A stretch of DNA of 64,000 nt from Gemmatimonadales bacterium (GCA_037916975.1 JBAIWX010000007.1:41-64040); one strand, 5' to 3'; positions 52,507-61,368 are shown, numbered from the stretch's first letter. Made by a program: numbers and translations. The notes: generated from the sequence alone by a model not told the origin.

Positions 52507-53483
52507 GCGGCCTCCGCGAGCTCGGCGGCGAGGGCCGCGAGGCGCGCCGCCCCGTCGGCTTCCGCGAGTGCCTCGCGGGCGCGGGGTGCGGAGCCGCCGC
52601 ACCACACGGGGTCCAGCACCGTCTCGGCGAGCCGCGCCGTGACCGCCGCCGCGTCGAAGGCATGCCCGGCACCGGCGAAGGCGCCGACGCCCGCGGCCTC
52701 GAGCCGGCGGGCGGCGGCGTCGTCCTCCGCACGATGGGACAGCCACGCGACCGGCGTGCCGAGCGCGCCGGCGTCGTAGGCGGTGGTGCCGAAGCCGGTG
52801 ATCACGGCGCGGGCGCCCGCGAGGCGGCGGACGAGCTCCCCGCGCGTGGGGGCGCGGAGCACCGTCGCGCCCCGCGCCGCGAGGCGCTCGGCGCGCGCGG
52901 CGTCCATGGCGGGGCCGGCGACCACCGTCACGGCGCCCGCCTGCGGCAGCGACGCGAGCAGGTCGTACAGCCGCTCCGTCAGGCCGAGCGGGTCGGCGCC
53001 GCCCACCGTGAGGAGCGTCCCGTGGCGCCCGTCGGGCCAGCGGGTCGCGACGTGAGTCCGGACCTCCGGCGCCAGCAGGCACCAGGCGGCGCCGTGGAGC
53101 GCGGGGGTGCCCGGCGGGAGGTCGGCGTGCAGGGCGGGGATGACCGTCCGCGTCGCCGCATCGAGGCAGTCCACGCGGTCGAGCACGATCGTCGGCGCAC
53201 CGGCGCGGCGCGCCGCGGCGAGGATCGCGGCGACGTCCCGGCGCGTGTCCACCAGCAGGCATCGCGCGTCGCGCACCGTGGACGCGGGCTCCCCCCAGCC
53301 GGCCACCTCCGCCCGGGGCCGCTCCCGCGCGAGCGCGCGGCGCGCCGCCAGGTCGCCCTCGAGGTGGAACCGGCTCGAGAGCCCGCGCCGGTCGGCCGCT
53401 TCGGCGACGCTCAGGCAGCGATAGAGGTGGCCCAGGCCCTCGCGGGCGTCGGCGCTCGTCACGAACGCGAGGTCGGTGCTCAC
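52503..53483 (-). CDS. PseG/SpsG-like UDP-sugar hydrolase (GT28 C-terminal-like fold)
   Basis: 326 aa from GTG 53483 (GTGA overlap). FVTSADAREGLGHLYRCLSVAEA...TVGGADP...ITGFGTTAYD. Confidence 0.55.
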   Translation of the reverse strand: MSTDLAFVTSADAREGLGHLYRCLSVAEAADRRGLSSRFHLEGDLAARRALARERPRAEVAGWGEPASTVRDARCLLVDTRRDVAAILAAARRAGAPTIVLDRVDCLDAATRTVIPALHADLPPGTPALHGAAWCLLAPEVRTHVATRWPDGRHGTLLTVGGADPLGLTERLYDLLASLPQAGAVTVVAGPAMDAARAERLAARGATVLRAPTRGELVRRLAGARAVITGFGTTAYDAGALGTPVAWLSHRAEDDAAARRLEAAGVGAFAGAGHAFDAAAVTARLAETVLDPVWCGGSAPRAREALAEADGAARLAALAAELAEAA

Positions 53484-54340
53484 GGCGCCACCAGCCCGGC
53501 GCGCGTCGCGCGGAGGGGGCGGAGCCCGTCGTGCGGGTCGGCGCGCCACGCGCGGTCGGGCGCCTCGCTCGGCGCGGGGACCTTCGTGCCGCTGCCGTCG
53601 GCGGCGTCCGCCTCGCGCACCTGCGCGATGAGCGCCCGCATCGGCTCGGGGAGCCAGCAGTGGCCGGTGCGGAACTCGTCCCCCTGGCCGTCGAGGTCGA
53701 GGTGGAACTCGACGAACGACGCCCCCCAGCGGTGCACCGCGCGGTGGATCACGCCGGGGCGCACGCTGTGGTCGGACCAGCCCACCGCGCAGCGGAACTG
53801 CCGGCGCAGCGTCTCGAGCGCCGCGAGGTTGCAGTCCTCGAGCGGCGTCGGGTAGCCGGAGACGCAGTGGAGCAGCGTCAGGTCGCGCGCCCCCGCGCCG
53901 CGGGCCACCGCGACGGCGTGGCCGATCTCGTCGAGGGTCGCCATCCCGGTGGAGAGCACGAGCGGCTTCCCGGTCGCCGCGCAGGCCCGCAGGAGCTCGT
54001 CCCAGAGCAGCTCGTACGAGGCCACCTTGTAGAACGCGACGAAGGGCCGCAGCTCCTCGACCGCCTCGAGGTAGAACGGCGTGCAGCCGAAGGCGACGCC
54101 GCGGTCGGCGCACCGGCGCGCGATGGGCTCGAGGAAGGCGACCGGCAGCTCCCACGCCTCGCGGGCCCGCAGCTGCGCGTGGCGCGCGAGGGCCTCCGGG
54201 GCGAAGAGCTCCCGCACCCGGAAGAGCTGGAACTTGACGGCGTCGCAGCCGATGTCGGCCGCCGCGTCCACGAAGGCGAGGCAGCGGTCGAGGTCCCGGC
54301 CGTGGTTGCTCGATACCTCGGCGACGAAGCGCACGCTCAT
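53480..54340 (-). CDS. NeuB-family nonulosonic acid synthase (PseI/SpsE-like), no SAF domain
   Basis: 286 aa. VAEVSSNHGRDLDRCLAFVDAAADIGCDAVKFQ...KVASYEL...STGMATLDEI...LLHCVSGYPTP...GWSDHS. Confidence 0.8.
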   Translation of the reverse strand: MSVRFVAEVSSNHGRDLDRCLAFVDAAADIGCDAVKFQLFRVRELFAPEALARHAQLRAREAWELPVAFLEPIARRCADRGVAFGCTPFYLEAVEELRPFVAFYKVASYELLWDELLRACAATGKPLVLSTGMATLDEIGHAVAVARGAGARDLTLLHCVSGYPTPLEDCNLAALETLRRQFRCAVGWSDHSVRPGVIHRAVHRWGASFVEFHLDLDGQGDEFRTGHCWLPEPMRALIAQVREADAADGSGTKVPAPSEAPDRAWRADPHDGLRPLRATRAGLVAP

Positions 54341-55497
54341 GCCGCCTCCCGCACCCGCCCGACCACCTCGCGCACCGTCGCGATGACGGTGGCGACGTCG
54401 GCGTCGCCGAGCGCGGGGTACATCGGGAGCGAGATGGCCCCCGCGTAGTACGCCTCCGCCTGCGGCAGCGTCGTCGTGGCATGGCCGGTCCGCCGCCAGT
54501 ACGGGTGCCGGTACACGGGGAGGTAGTGCACGTTCACGAGCAGCCCCGCGGCGCGGAGCGCCTCGAACGTGGCGCGGCGGCGGCCGGCGGGCACCCGGAT
54601 CACGTAGAGGTGGTAGCTCCCCTCCGACCAGGCCGGGGAGCGCAGCGGCGCGAGGCCCGGCACGCCGTCGAAGGCGGCGTCATACCGCGCGGCGATCTCC
54701 CGGCGCCGCGCGACGAAGGCGGGCAGCCGGCGCAGCTGGCTCCGGCCGAGCGCGCACTGGAGGTCGGTGATCCGGTAGTTGAAGCCGAGCTCGTGCTGCT
54801 CGTAGTACCACGGCCCCTCGTCGCGGGTCAGCTCGGCCGGGTCGCGCGTGATCCCATGGGTGCGGAACCGGCGGAGCCGCGCGGCGAGCGCGGCGTCGTT
54901 GGTCGTGACCGCGCCGCCCTCGCCGGTCGTGATGTGCTTCACGGGGTGGAAGCTGAAGCAGCACATCGCGCTGTGGGCGCACGCGCCGACCCGGTGCCAG
55001 CGGCCGTCGGCCGTGCGGTAGCGCGCGCCCAGCGCGTGCGCCGCGTCCTCGACGATCGCCCAGCCGCGCCGGGCCGCGACCGCCGCGAGGCGCTCGAGGT
55101 CCGCGACGTGGCCCGCGAGGTGGACGGGCACGACCGCCCCGACCTCGGGCGCCATCTCGCGCGCCACGGCCTCGGGGTCGAGCAGCGCGAAGGCGGGGTC
55201 CACGTCCGCGAAGCGGACCGGGGCGCCCAGGTAGCGCGCGGCGTTCGCCGTGGCGGCGAAGGTGATCGGGGAGGTGAGGATGCCGCGGTCCGGCCCGAGG
55301 TCGAGCGCCGCGTAGGCGGCGTGCAGCGCGGCGGTGCCGCTGTTGAACGCCACGGCGAAGCGCGCGCCGACCGCGGCGGCGAGGTCGGCCTCGAACGCCT
55401 CGACCCCCGGTCCCTGCGTCAGGGCGGGGGCACGGACCGCCGCCATCACCGCGGCGACGTCCGACTCGTCGATCCACTGCCGGCCGTAGGGGAGCAT
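54337..55497 (-). CDS. pseC: UDP-4-amino-4,6-dideoxy-N-acetyl-beta-L-altrosamine transaminase (DegT/DnrJ/EryC1 family)
   Basis: 386 aa from ATG 55497. MLPYGRQWIDESDV start typical of PseC. SFHPVKHITTGEGG contains the PLP-Lys. Confidence 0.8.
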   Translation of the reverse strand: MLPYGRQWIDESDVAAVMAAVRAPALTQGPGVEAFEADLAAAVGARFAVAFNSGTAALHAAYAALDLGPDRGILTSPITFAATANAARYLGAPVRFADVDPAFALLDPEAVAREMAPEVGAVVPVHLAGHVADLERLAAVAARRGWAIVEDAAHALGARYRTADGRWHRVGACAHSAMCCFSFHPVKHITTGEGGAVTTNDAALAARLRRFRTHGITRDPAELTRDEGPWYYEQHELGFNYRITDLQCALGRSQLRRLPAFVARRREIAARYDAAFDGVPGLAPLRSPAWSEGSYHLYVIRVPAGRRRATFEALRAAGLLVNVHYLPVYRHPYWRRTGHATTTLPQAEAYYAGAISLPMYPALGDADVATVIATVREVVGRVREAA

Positions 55498-55499
55498 CG

Positions 55500-56519
55500 T
55501 CAGAGGAGCCCCTGCGTCGCGAGGAGCTCGCGCACCTGCGTCACGGTGAGCCGCTCGGGGTTCGTGTCGCTCCGGTACACGAAGTCGTCCGGCACGGCGT
55601 GGCCGTTCTGCCGGGCGTAGTGCCCGTTCCACCAGGGGAAGTGCGGCTGGACGACGTAGTAGTCGCCCATGTCGAGCGTCGTGCGCGCGTCGTCGGCGGA
55701 GATCATGAGCTCGTGGAGCTTCTCCCCGGGCCGGATCCCCACGTGCCGGAGCGGGACGCCGGGCGCCACCGCCTCGGCGACCGTCAGGATGTCGGCGGAG
55801 GGGATCTTCGGCACGAAGAGCTCGCCGCCCAGCATCCGGCCGAGCGAGGCGAGGACGAATTGGACGCCCTGCTCGAGGGTGATCCAGAAGCGCGTCATCC
55901 GCTCGTCGGTGATGGGCAGGAACCCCTCCCGGCGCTGCTCCAGGAAGAAGGGGACCACGCTGCCGCGGCTCCCGACCACGTTGCCGTACCGGACGACGGC
56001 CATCCGCGGGCCGCGACCGCCGCTGTAGGCGTTGCCCGCGACGAAGAGCTTGTCCGAGCAGAGCTTCGTGGCGCCGTAGAGGTTGACCGGGTTCGCCGCC
56101 TTGTCGGTGCTGAGCGCCACGACGCGCTCGACGCCGCGGCTCACCGCCGCGTCGATGACGTTCTGGGCGCCCAGGATGTTCGTCTTGATGCACTCGAACG
56201 GGTTGTACTCCGCCGCCGGCACCTGCTTGAGCGCCGCGGCGTGGACCACGATCTGCACGTCGTCGAGCGCGCGGTGGAGCCGCTCGGCGTCGCGCACGTC
56301 GCCGAGGAAGAAGCGCATCCGGGGGTCCGGGAACTGCCGCTGCATCTCCGACTGCTTGAGCTCGTCGCGGCTGTAGACGATCACGCGCCGCGGGTTGTGG
56401 TGCTGCAGCAGCTCGGCCACGAAGGCCCGGCCGAACGAGCCGGTGCCGCCGGTCACGAGGAAGGACCGGCCGTCGAAGAGGTTGGCGGAGTACATCCGCG
56501 CTTCGGACGCGGCGCTCAT
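55500..56519 (-). CDS. pseB: UDP-N-acetylglucosamine 4,6-dehydratase (inverting)
   Basis: 339 aa from ATG 56519. LVTGGTGSFG, STDKAANPVNLYGATK, VRYGNVVGSRGSV. Confidence 0.85.
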   Translation of the reverse strand: MSAASEARMYSANLFDGRSFLVTGGTGSFGRAFVAELLQHHNPRRVIVYSRDELKQSEMQRQFPDPRMRFFLGDVRDAERLHRALDDVQIVVHAAALKQVPAAEYNPFECIKTNILGAQNVIDAAVSRGVERVVALSTDKAANPVNLYGATKLCSDKLFVAGNAYSGGRGPRMAVVRYGNVVGSRGSVVPFFLEQRREGFLPITDERMTRFWITLEQGVQFVLASLGRMLGGELFVPKIPSADILTVAEAVAPGVPLRHVGIRPGEKLHELMISADDARTTLDMGDYYVVQPHFPWWNGHYARQNGHAVPDDFVYRSDTNPERLTVTQVRELLATQGLL

Positions 56520-58243
56520 GCGGGACTCCCGATGGATTGGGGTGCCCGCCGCGGGCGGCGGGCGCGGGGACCGCGGGCGATGCGCCGCAGCGCCGCGAGC
56601 TTGCGCGGCAGCGGCGCGGCGTCGGCCCGCGCGTAGCTGGCGAGGGGATGCGGCCCCGCGGGGGGGCGGAGCGCCCGCAGTGCGGCGGCGAGCTCGGCCG
56701 CCGTGCGCGTCACGGCCACCGGGGCGCGGTCGAGCCAGGTGACGCCGGCGCCCGAAAGGTGGACCACGAAGGGCACGCCGAGCTGCGCGGCCGCGAAGAG
56801 CGTCGTGGACGAGCCGGTGATGGCGCCGTCCGCCCCGTGCAGCACCGTCCAGGGGTCGAGGCCCGTCTCGATGCGCACGTCCGGGAAGCCGCGCTCGGCG
56901 CAGTGCCCACGGATCATGTCCGGGTTGTCGTGGAACGGGTGGCACTTCACCACGATCTCGGCGCCCGGGTGCACCTCGGCGAGCGCGGTGAGCGCATCGT
57001 CCAGCATCGCCTCCCCGTGCAGGACCGAGGCCTCCGCGTTCCACGGCGCGCCGGTGGGCGACGGGAGGATCACGAAGCGCTTCCGCGGGGCGGGCGGCAC
57101 CGGCTCGTCCCGGAGCGCGGCGAGGTGCGCCCCCGCCTGCGGCCAGCCGATCACCCAGCGCTCGCCGTGGAACGCCGCGCGATCGAGCTCGCGCGCCGCC
57201 TCGCGGCTCCAGACGAGGTGGTGGTCCGCGTAGCGGTGGTTCGGGTGCCCTGCCTCGATGCCCATGAAGGCGCCGTGCTGCACCAGCACCGTGGGGATGC
57301 CGAGGCGCCGGCAGGCGAGGAGCTTCGCGCGGTGCTCGGGAAAGTAGTCGTTGCCGGTCACGAGGAGGCGCACCTCGGCCGCCGCATAGGCGGCGCGCGC
57401 GTACTCGTACTCCTCGACGAGGTGCGGCTGCCAGAGGAGCGCCAGGTGCACCGCCAGCTCGCGCTCCCACGGCTCGGCGAGCGTCTCGAGCGCGGCGGGG
57501 CAGCCGGGGTCCTCGAGCGGGGCGCGCGCCTCGCGCGCCTCCGCCCGCGCGACCGGCCCGTCGTAGGTCGCCGGCCAGCGGGCCCGCTCCTCCTGGATGA
57601 ACTCGAGCACCCGGCCGCGCGACGCGAGCAGGTCGGGCATCAGGTGCGCGATCTCGTTGGTGTGGTGCACGAGCGCGCGCGGCGCGCGGCTCCTCGGCAG
57701 CGTGCGGCCGCGCCAGCTCGGCCGCACGAAGTCCTGCGGCCGCGGCATGAGCGGGTAGTCGTGGCGGCGCGAGATCGTCTCGGCGCGGTCGTCGTGCGGG
57801 TCGAAGGCCGCCGTCGGGACCTCGAGCTCCTGGCAGGTGAGGTTGATCACCGCCCCCTGGATCCAGCCCTCGAGGTCGTGCACGACCGCCGTCCGGCTCC
57901 CGAGGCGGTCGAGGCCCGCCTGCACGAGCCGGCGCGTCCGCGCCCCCTGGCTGCTCACGTAGAGCAGGGGCAGCTCGAGCGCCCACCACGCCCAGTCGGC
58001 GTAGGAGGTCGTCGCCGGCATGGTCGTGCCGGTGACCGCGCGCACGAGGCGCGACGTGTGGTGCTGCATCGCCAGCCGCTCGGCGGGACCGAGGAGCTCG
58101 TCCTCGAGGAGGCAGGGGATGTCGAGCTCGGCGCAGACGTCGCGGGTGGCCGTGGACCAGGTGCCCACGAGCGCGGGGCGCTCGCCGGCACGCACCAGCT
58201 CGAGCACGCTGCGGCCGCTGTTGAGGATGGCGAGAAAAGACAT
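56516..58243 (-). CDS. Large GT-B-like protein, candidate (flagellin) glycosyltransferase
   Basis: Track ORF 56516..58279 (TTG). ATG 58243 (MSFLAILNSG) is preferred. The C-terminal Rossmann-like half has VVKCHPFH and ITGSSTTLFAAAQLGVP. No named family recognised. Confidence 0.5.
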   Translation of the reverse strand: MSFLAILNSGRSVLELVRAGERPALVGTWSTATRDVCAELDIPCLLEDELLGPAERLAMQHHTSRLVRAVTGTTMPATTSYADWAWWALELPLLYVSSQGARTRRLVQAGLDRLGSRTAVVHDLEGWIQGAVINLTCQELEVPTAAFDPHDDRAETISRRHDYPLMPRPQDFVRPSWRGRTLPRSRAPRALVHHTNEIAHLMPDLLASRGRVLEFIQEERARWPATYDGPVARAEAREARAPLEDPGCPAALETLAEPWERELAVHLALLWQPHLVEEYEYARAAYAAAEVRLLVTGNDYFPEHRAKLLACRRLGIPTVLVQHGAFMGIEAGHPNHRYADHHLVWSREAARELDRAAFHGERWVIGWPQAGAHLAALRDEPVPPAPRKRFVILPSPTGAPWNAEASVLHGEAMLDDALTALAEVHPGAEIVVKCHPFHDNPDMIRGHCAERGFPDVRIETGLDPWTVLHGADGAITGSSTTLFAAAQLGVPFVVHLSGAGVTWLDRAPVAVTRTAAELAAALRALRPPAGPHPLASYARADAAPLPRKLAALRRIARGPRARRPRRAPQSIGSPA

Positions 58244-58368
58244 GCCCGCCGGGTGAGCAAGCGGCGGGCCATGGTCCAAGTCGTTGATTTACTGCGCGTT
58301 GCGAGTCGTCGCCGAGTCCGGGTCGGCAGGGTCTTCCGGCGGGCGCGGCAAGGTCTGCCGCCGGGCGA

Positions 58369-58848
58369 CTATCCCTGCAACTGGGCCCGCAGGTCCAGTT
58401 CGTGGCGGGTGTGCCAGGGCGAGTCGTGCGCGACGAACTGCCGGGCGACGTGGCGGCGCCGGTCGATCAGCAGGGGGGCCTGCAGGTTGACGGTGCAGGG
58501 CGCCGAGCGATCCGCGGGCAGGGTCACGATGCAGCGGACGTCGAGGTCGCCGTCCCGCGTCGCCTGCTCCTCCTCGTCGGTGCCGTCCACGACGTCCAGC
58601 GCGAAGTCGGCGAAGAAGCGGAAGGGGTCCACCGTGAGGAAGACGACGCCGGCATCGCCCGTCTCCTGCAGCCACGCGATCCCCTCGGCGGGGGTCGGGA
58701 GCAGGACGAAGTCCCGCTCGCCGGCGAAGCCGAGCAGCCCCTCGGGGAAGTGGATGAAGTCGCGGCGGTCCACGGTCAGCGGCCCGAAGAGCCGGGTGCG
58801 GATCGTCACCGGCTCCGCGGCCGCCGGGGTGAGGGCGGGTGCGCTCAT
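58369..58848 (-). CDS. fliW: Flagellar assembly factor FliW
   Basis: 159 aa from ATG 58848 (ATGA overlap with flgL). IHFPEGLLGFAGERDFVLLP...IAWLQE...FLTVDPF...TVNLQAPLLI. Confidence 0.85.
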   Translation of the reverse strand: MSAPALTPAAAEPVTIRTRLFGPLTVDRRDFIHFPEGLLGFAGERDFVLLPTPAEGIAWLQETGDAGVVFLTVDPFRFFADFALDVVDGTDEEEQATRDGDLDVRCIVTLPADRSAPCTVNLQAPLLIDRRRHVARQFVAHDSPWHTRHELDLRAQLQG

Positions 58849-59753
58849 CGCAGGTAATCGGTGAGGTTGAGGTTGAACACCTTGGTCGCGGCGAGGAGCG
58901 CCGACTGCATCGAGGACTGGGCGGCCGCGAAGCTGGTCACGGCGGTCTCCGCCGGGATGTTCCACGCCTCGCTCTGGCGGTCCTCCGTGAGCGACTGCAG
59001 CGAGGTGAGCTGGGCCTCGGCCGCGTCCACGTCCCGGCCCCGTCCGCCGACGTCGGCGAGGCGGAGCTGGATCGTGTCCTGGACGGTCTTGAGGGCGTCG
59101 GTGGCGGCGTTGATGCCGGGGACGTCGTTCGCGCGGAGCGCGTCCCGGAGGCTCTGCAGCGTCGAGAGCACGCCGCTCGACACCAGGAGCTGGTCGCCGT
59201 CGGTGTTCACCTGGATCGCCCGGCCGGGACCGAGGTCCACCCGGCGCGCCGCCGTGGCACCGGCGTTGCCGTTGTAGACGTAGTTGGTCACGCCGGCGGG
59301 GCTCGCGGGGTCCCGGGCGAACGGCGCGGCGGTGACGACCGTGCCGCCGAAGAGGTACTCGTTGCCGAGCGCGGTGTTGCCGAGGGCGGCCGCCTGGTCG
59401 AGGAGGCTCTGGATGTCGTCGGCGGAGATGGCCCGGGTCGCGGCGCTCGCGTTCGCGCTCGCCTGGGTGAGGGCCGTCTCACGGGCGGTGTCGAGGAGGT
59501 CGGCGACCTGGTTCACGACCGCCTCCTCGGCGCTCAGCCTCGAGCGCACGGCGGTCACGTTGCGCCGGTACTGGGCCACGGCGCGGAGCTGGGTCAGGCT
59601 GCGGAGCACCTCGGTGGCGCCCAAGGGGTCGTCGGCGAGCCGCTCGAAACGCCGGCCGGTGCTGACCTGCTGCTGCGCCTGGTAGACGCGCTCCATGGTG
59701 CGGCCAAGGTCCCCCTGGAGCCGTCCGTAGACCATCGCGGTCGTGATGCGCAT
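58845..59753 (-). CDS. flgL: Flagellar hook-associated protein 3 (hook-filament junction) FlgL
   Basis: 302 aa. MRITTAMVYGRLQGDL...QQQVSTGRRFERLADDP N-terminus and a flagellin-like C-terminus. Confidence 0.85.
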   Translation of the reverse strand: MRITTAMVYGRLQGDLGRTMERVYQAQQQVSTGRRFERLADDPLGATEVLRSLTQLRAVAQYRRNVTAVRSRLSAEEAVVNQVADLLDTARETALTQASANASAATRAISADDIQSLLDQAAALGNTALGNEYLFGGTVVTAAPFARDPASPAGVTNYVYNGNAGATAARRVDLGPGRAIQVNTDGDQLLVSSGVLSTLQSLRDALRANDVPGINAATDALKTVQDTIQLRLADVGGRGRDVDAAEAQLTSLQSLTEDRQSEAWNIPAETAVTSFAAAQSSMQSALLAATKVFNLNLTDYLR

Positions 59754-59810
59754 GCCTCGCTCCGTCCTCCCTGCGCGCGCCGGGTGACAACGTTCTTCCG
59801 GGCCACTACA

Positions 59811-59838
59811 TTCTCGGAACGTTCTGCCGGGGACTTGA
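59811..59838 (-). promoter_or_regulatory. Weak sigma-28-like promoter upstream of flgL
   Basis: The minus strand reads CTCAAGT CCCCGGCAGAACGT TCCGAGAA, i.e. TCAA-N16-TCCGAGAA (6 of 8 matches to GCCGATAA). Confidence 0.3.
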
Positions 59839-59881
59839 GGCGCATCCTGCCGGTCAGCCCCGGCCCCTCGTTCCGGGGTCC

Positions 59882-61306
59882 ATGGCCACGATTCTCTGCG
59901 TGGACGACGAGCCGGCGGTCGGCGTCGTCCTCGAGCACACCCTCGCCAAGATCGGCCACACGCCCGTCCTCGTCGGCAGCGTCGAGGAGGCGATGGCCAC
60001 CGTGGCGCGCACCCCCGTGGACCTCATCATCGCCGACTACCGGATGCCCCGGCTCACGGGTCTCGACCTGCTGAGCCTGCTCGAGCGGGACGGCTTCCGG
60101 ATCCCCGTCATCATCATGACCGGCTACTCGAGCATCGAGCACGCCGTCATGTCCATCAAGTCCGGTGCCATCGACTACCTGACCAAGCCGATCCGGAGCG
60201 AGACGCTCGAGATCGCCGTGGCGCAGGCGCTGGAGGTGGTGCGGCTCCGGCGGGAGAACGAGACCTTCCGGCGCGAGATCATGAAGATGCGCGCCGGCCG
60301 GACCCTGGTCGGCGAGAGCGAGCGGTTCCGGCGGATCATGGAGCTCATCGCCACGGTGGCCCCCACGCGGGCGACGGTGCTCCTCCAGGGCGAGTCGGGG
60401 ACGGGCAAGGAGCTCTTCGCCCGGGCCATCCACGACCAGAGCCCGCGGGCGGACGGTCCCTTCGTCACGATCAACTGCGCCGCGATGCCGGAGGGGCTGG
60501 TGGAGAGTGCCCTGTTCGGGCACGAGAAGGGCGCGTTCACCGGGGCGACGGTGCGGACGCCGGGGGCGTTCGAGCGGGCGCACGGCGGCACGCTGCTGCT
60601 CGACGAGATCTCGGAGATGCGGCTCGACCTGCAGGCCAAGCTCCTGCGCGTGATCCAGGAGCAGGAGTTCGAGCGGGTCGGCGGCACCCAGTCCATCAAG
60701 GTGGACGTACGGCTCGTCGCCACCACGAACCGGGACCTCAAGGGCGAGGTGGACGCGGGGAAGTTCCGCAGCGACCTCTACTACCGGCTCAACGTGGTGC
60801 CGATCCAGACGCCGCCGCTGCGGGACCGGGTGGAGGACATCCCGCGCCTGGTGCACCACTTCCTGCACCGCGCCGCGGAGCAGCTGGGCACCGAGGTGCC
60901 GCAGATCACCCCCGACGCGCTCGCCTACCTGCAGGCGTACCACTGGCCGGGCAACATCCGGGAGCTCGGGAACGTCATCGAGCGCGCGGCGATCCTGTGC
61001 CGGGGCGGGGCCCTCAAGCGGGAGCATTTCGAGGCCCACCTGCTCGGGGCCGGGGTGCCGCCCTCGGCCGCAAGCTCCGCGGCGCCGGCCGCCGCGGCGG
61101 CGCCCCCCGCGGTGCGGGCCCCGTCGCCGGTGCCGGACGAGTCCACGTTCAACCTCGAGGAGCTCGAGCGGCAGATGATCACGCGCGCCCTCGCGGCCAC
61201 CGGGGGCAACCGCACGCGCGCCGCCAAGCTCCTGGGCATCTCCGAGCGCACGCTCCGCAACAAGCTCAACACCCCGCGCAACGGCTCGCCCACCGAGGCC
61301 GCCTGA
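59882..61306 (+). CDS. Sigma-54-dependent response regulator (NtrC/FleR/FlbD class)
   Basis: 474 aa. REC (LIIADYRMP), AAA+ (GESGTGKE, GAFTGA, ELFGHEKGAFTGA-type loop), C-terminal Fis HTH (RAAKLLGISERTLRNK). Confidence 0.9.
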   Translation: MATILCVDDEPAVGVVLEHTLAKIGHTPVLVGSVEEAMATVARTPVDLIIADYRMPRLTGLDLLSLLERDGFRIPVIIMTGYSSIEHAVMSIKSGAIDYLTKPIRSETLEIAVAQALEVVRLRRENETFRREIMKMRAGRTLVGESERFRRIMELIATVAPTRATVLLQGESGTGKELFARAIHDQSPRADGPFVTINCAAMPEGLVESALFGHEKGAFTGATVRTPGAFERAHGGTLLLDEISEMRLDLQAKLLRVIQEQEFERVGGTQSIKVDVRLVATTNRDLKGEVDAGKFRSDLYYRLNVVPIQTPPLRDRVEDIPRLVHHFLHRAAEQLGTEVPQITPDALAYLQAYHWPGNIRELGNVIERAAILCRGGALKREHFEAHLLGAGVPPSAASSAAPAAAAAPPAVRAPSPVPDESTFNLEELERQMITRALAATGGNRTRAAKLLGISERTLRNKLNTPRNGSPTEAA

Positions 61307-61340
61307 CTGCGTCCCGCCGGGGCCGCGCCGGGTCCCGGGC

Positions 61341-61368
61341 TCAAGTTCCGACTCCCCTTCGCCGATAA
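61341..61368 (+). promoter_or_regulatory. Sigma-28-like promoter upstream of flgB
   Basis: TCAAGT TCCGACTCCCCTTC GCCGATAA, i.e. TCAA-N16-GCCGATAA, 240 nt upstream of the flgB ATG. Confidence 0.4.

Noticed and set aside
59788-59830. Sigma-54 promoter for flgL or for the activator gene in the divergent region
   Set aside because: TGGCCCGGAAGAACG (minus) and GGAACGTTCTGCC (plus) fail the GG-N10-GC spacing.
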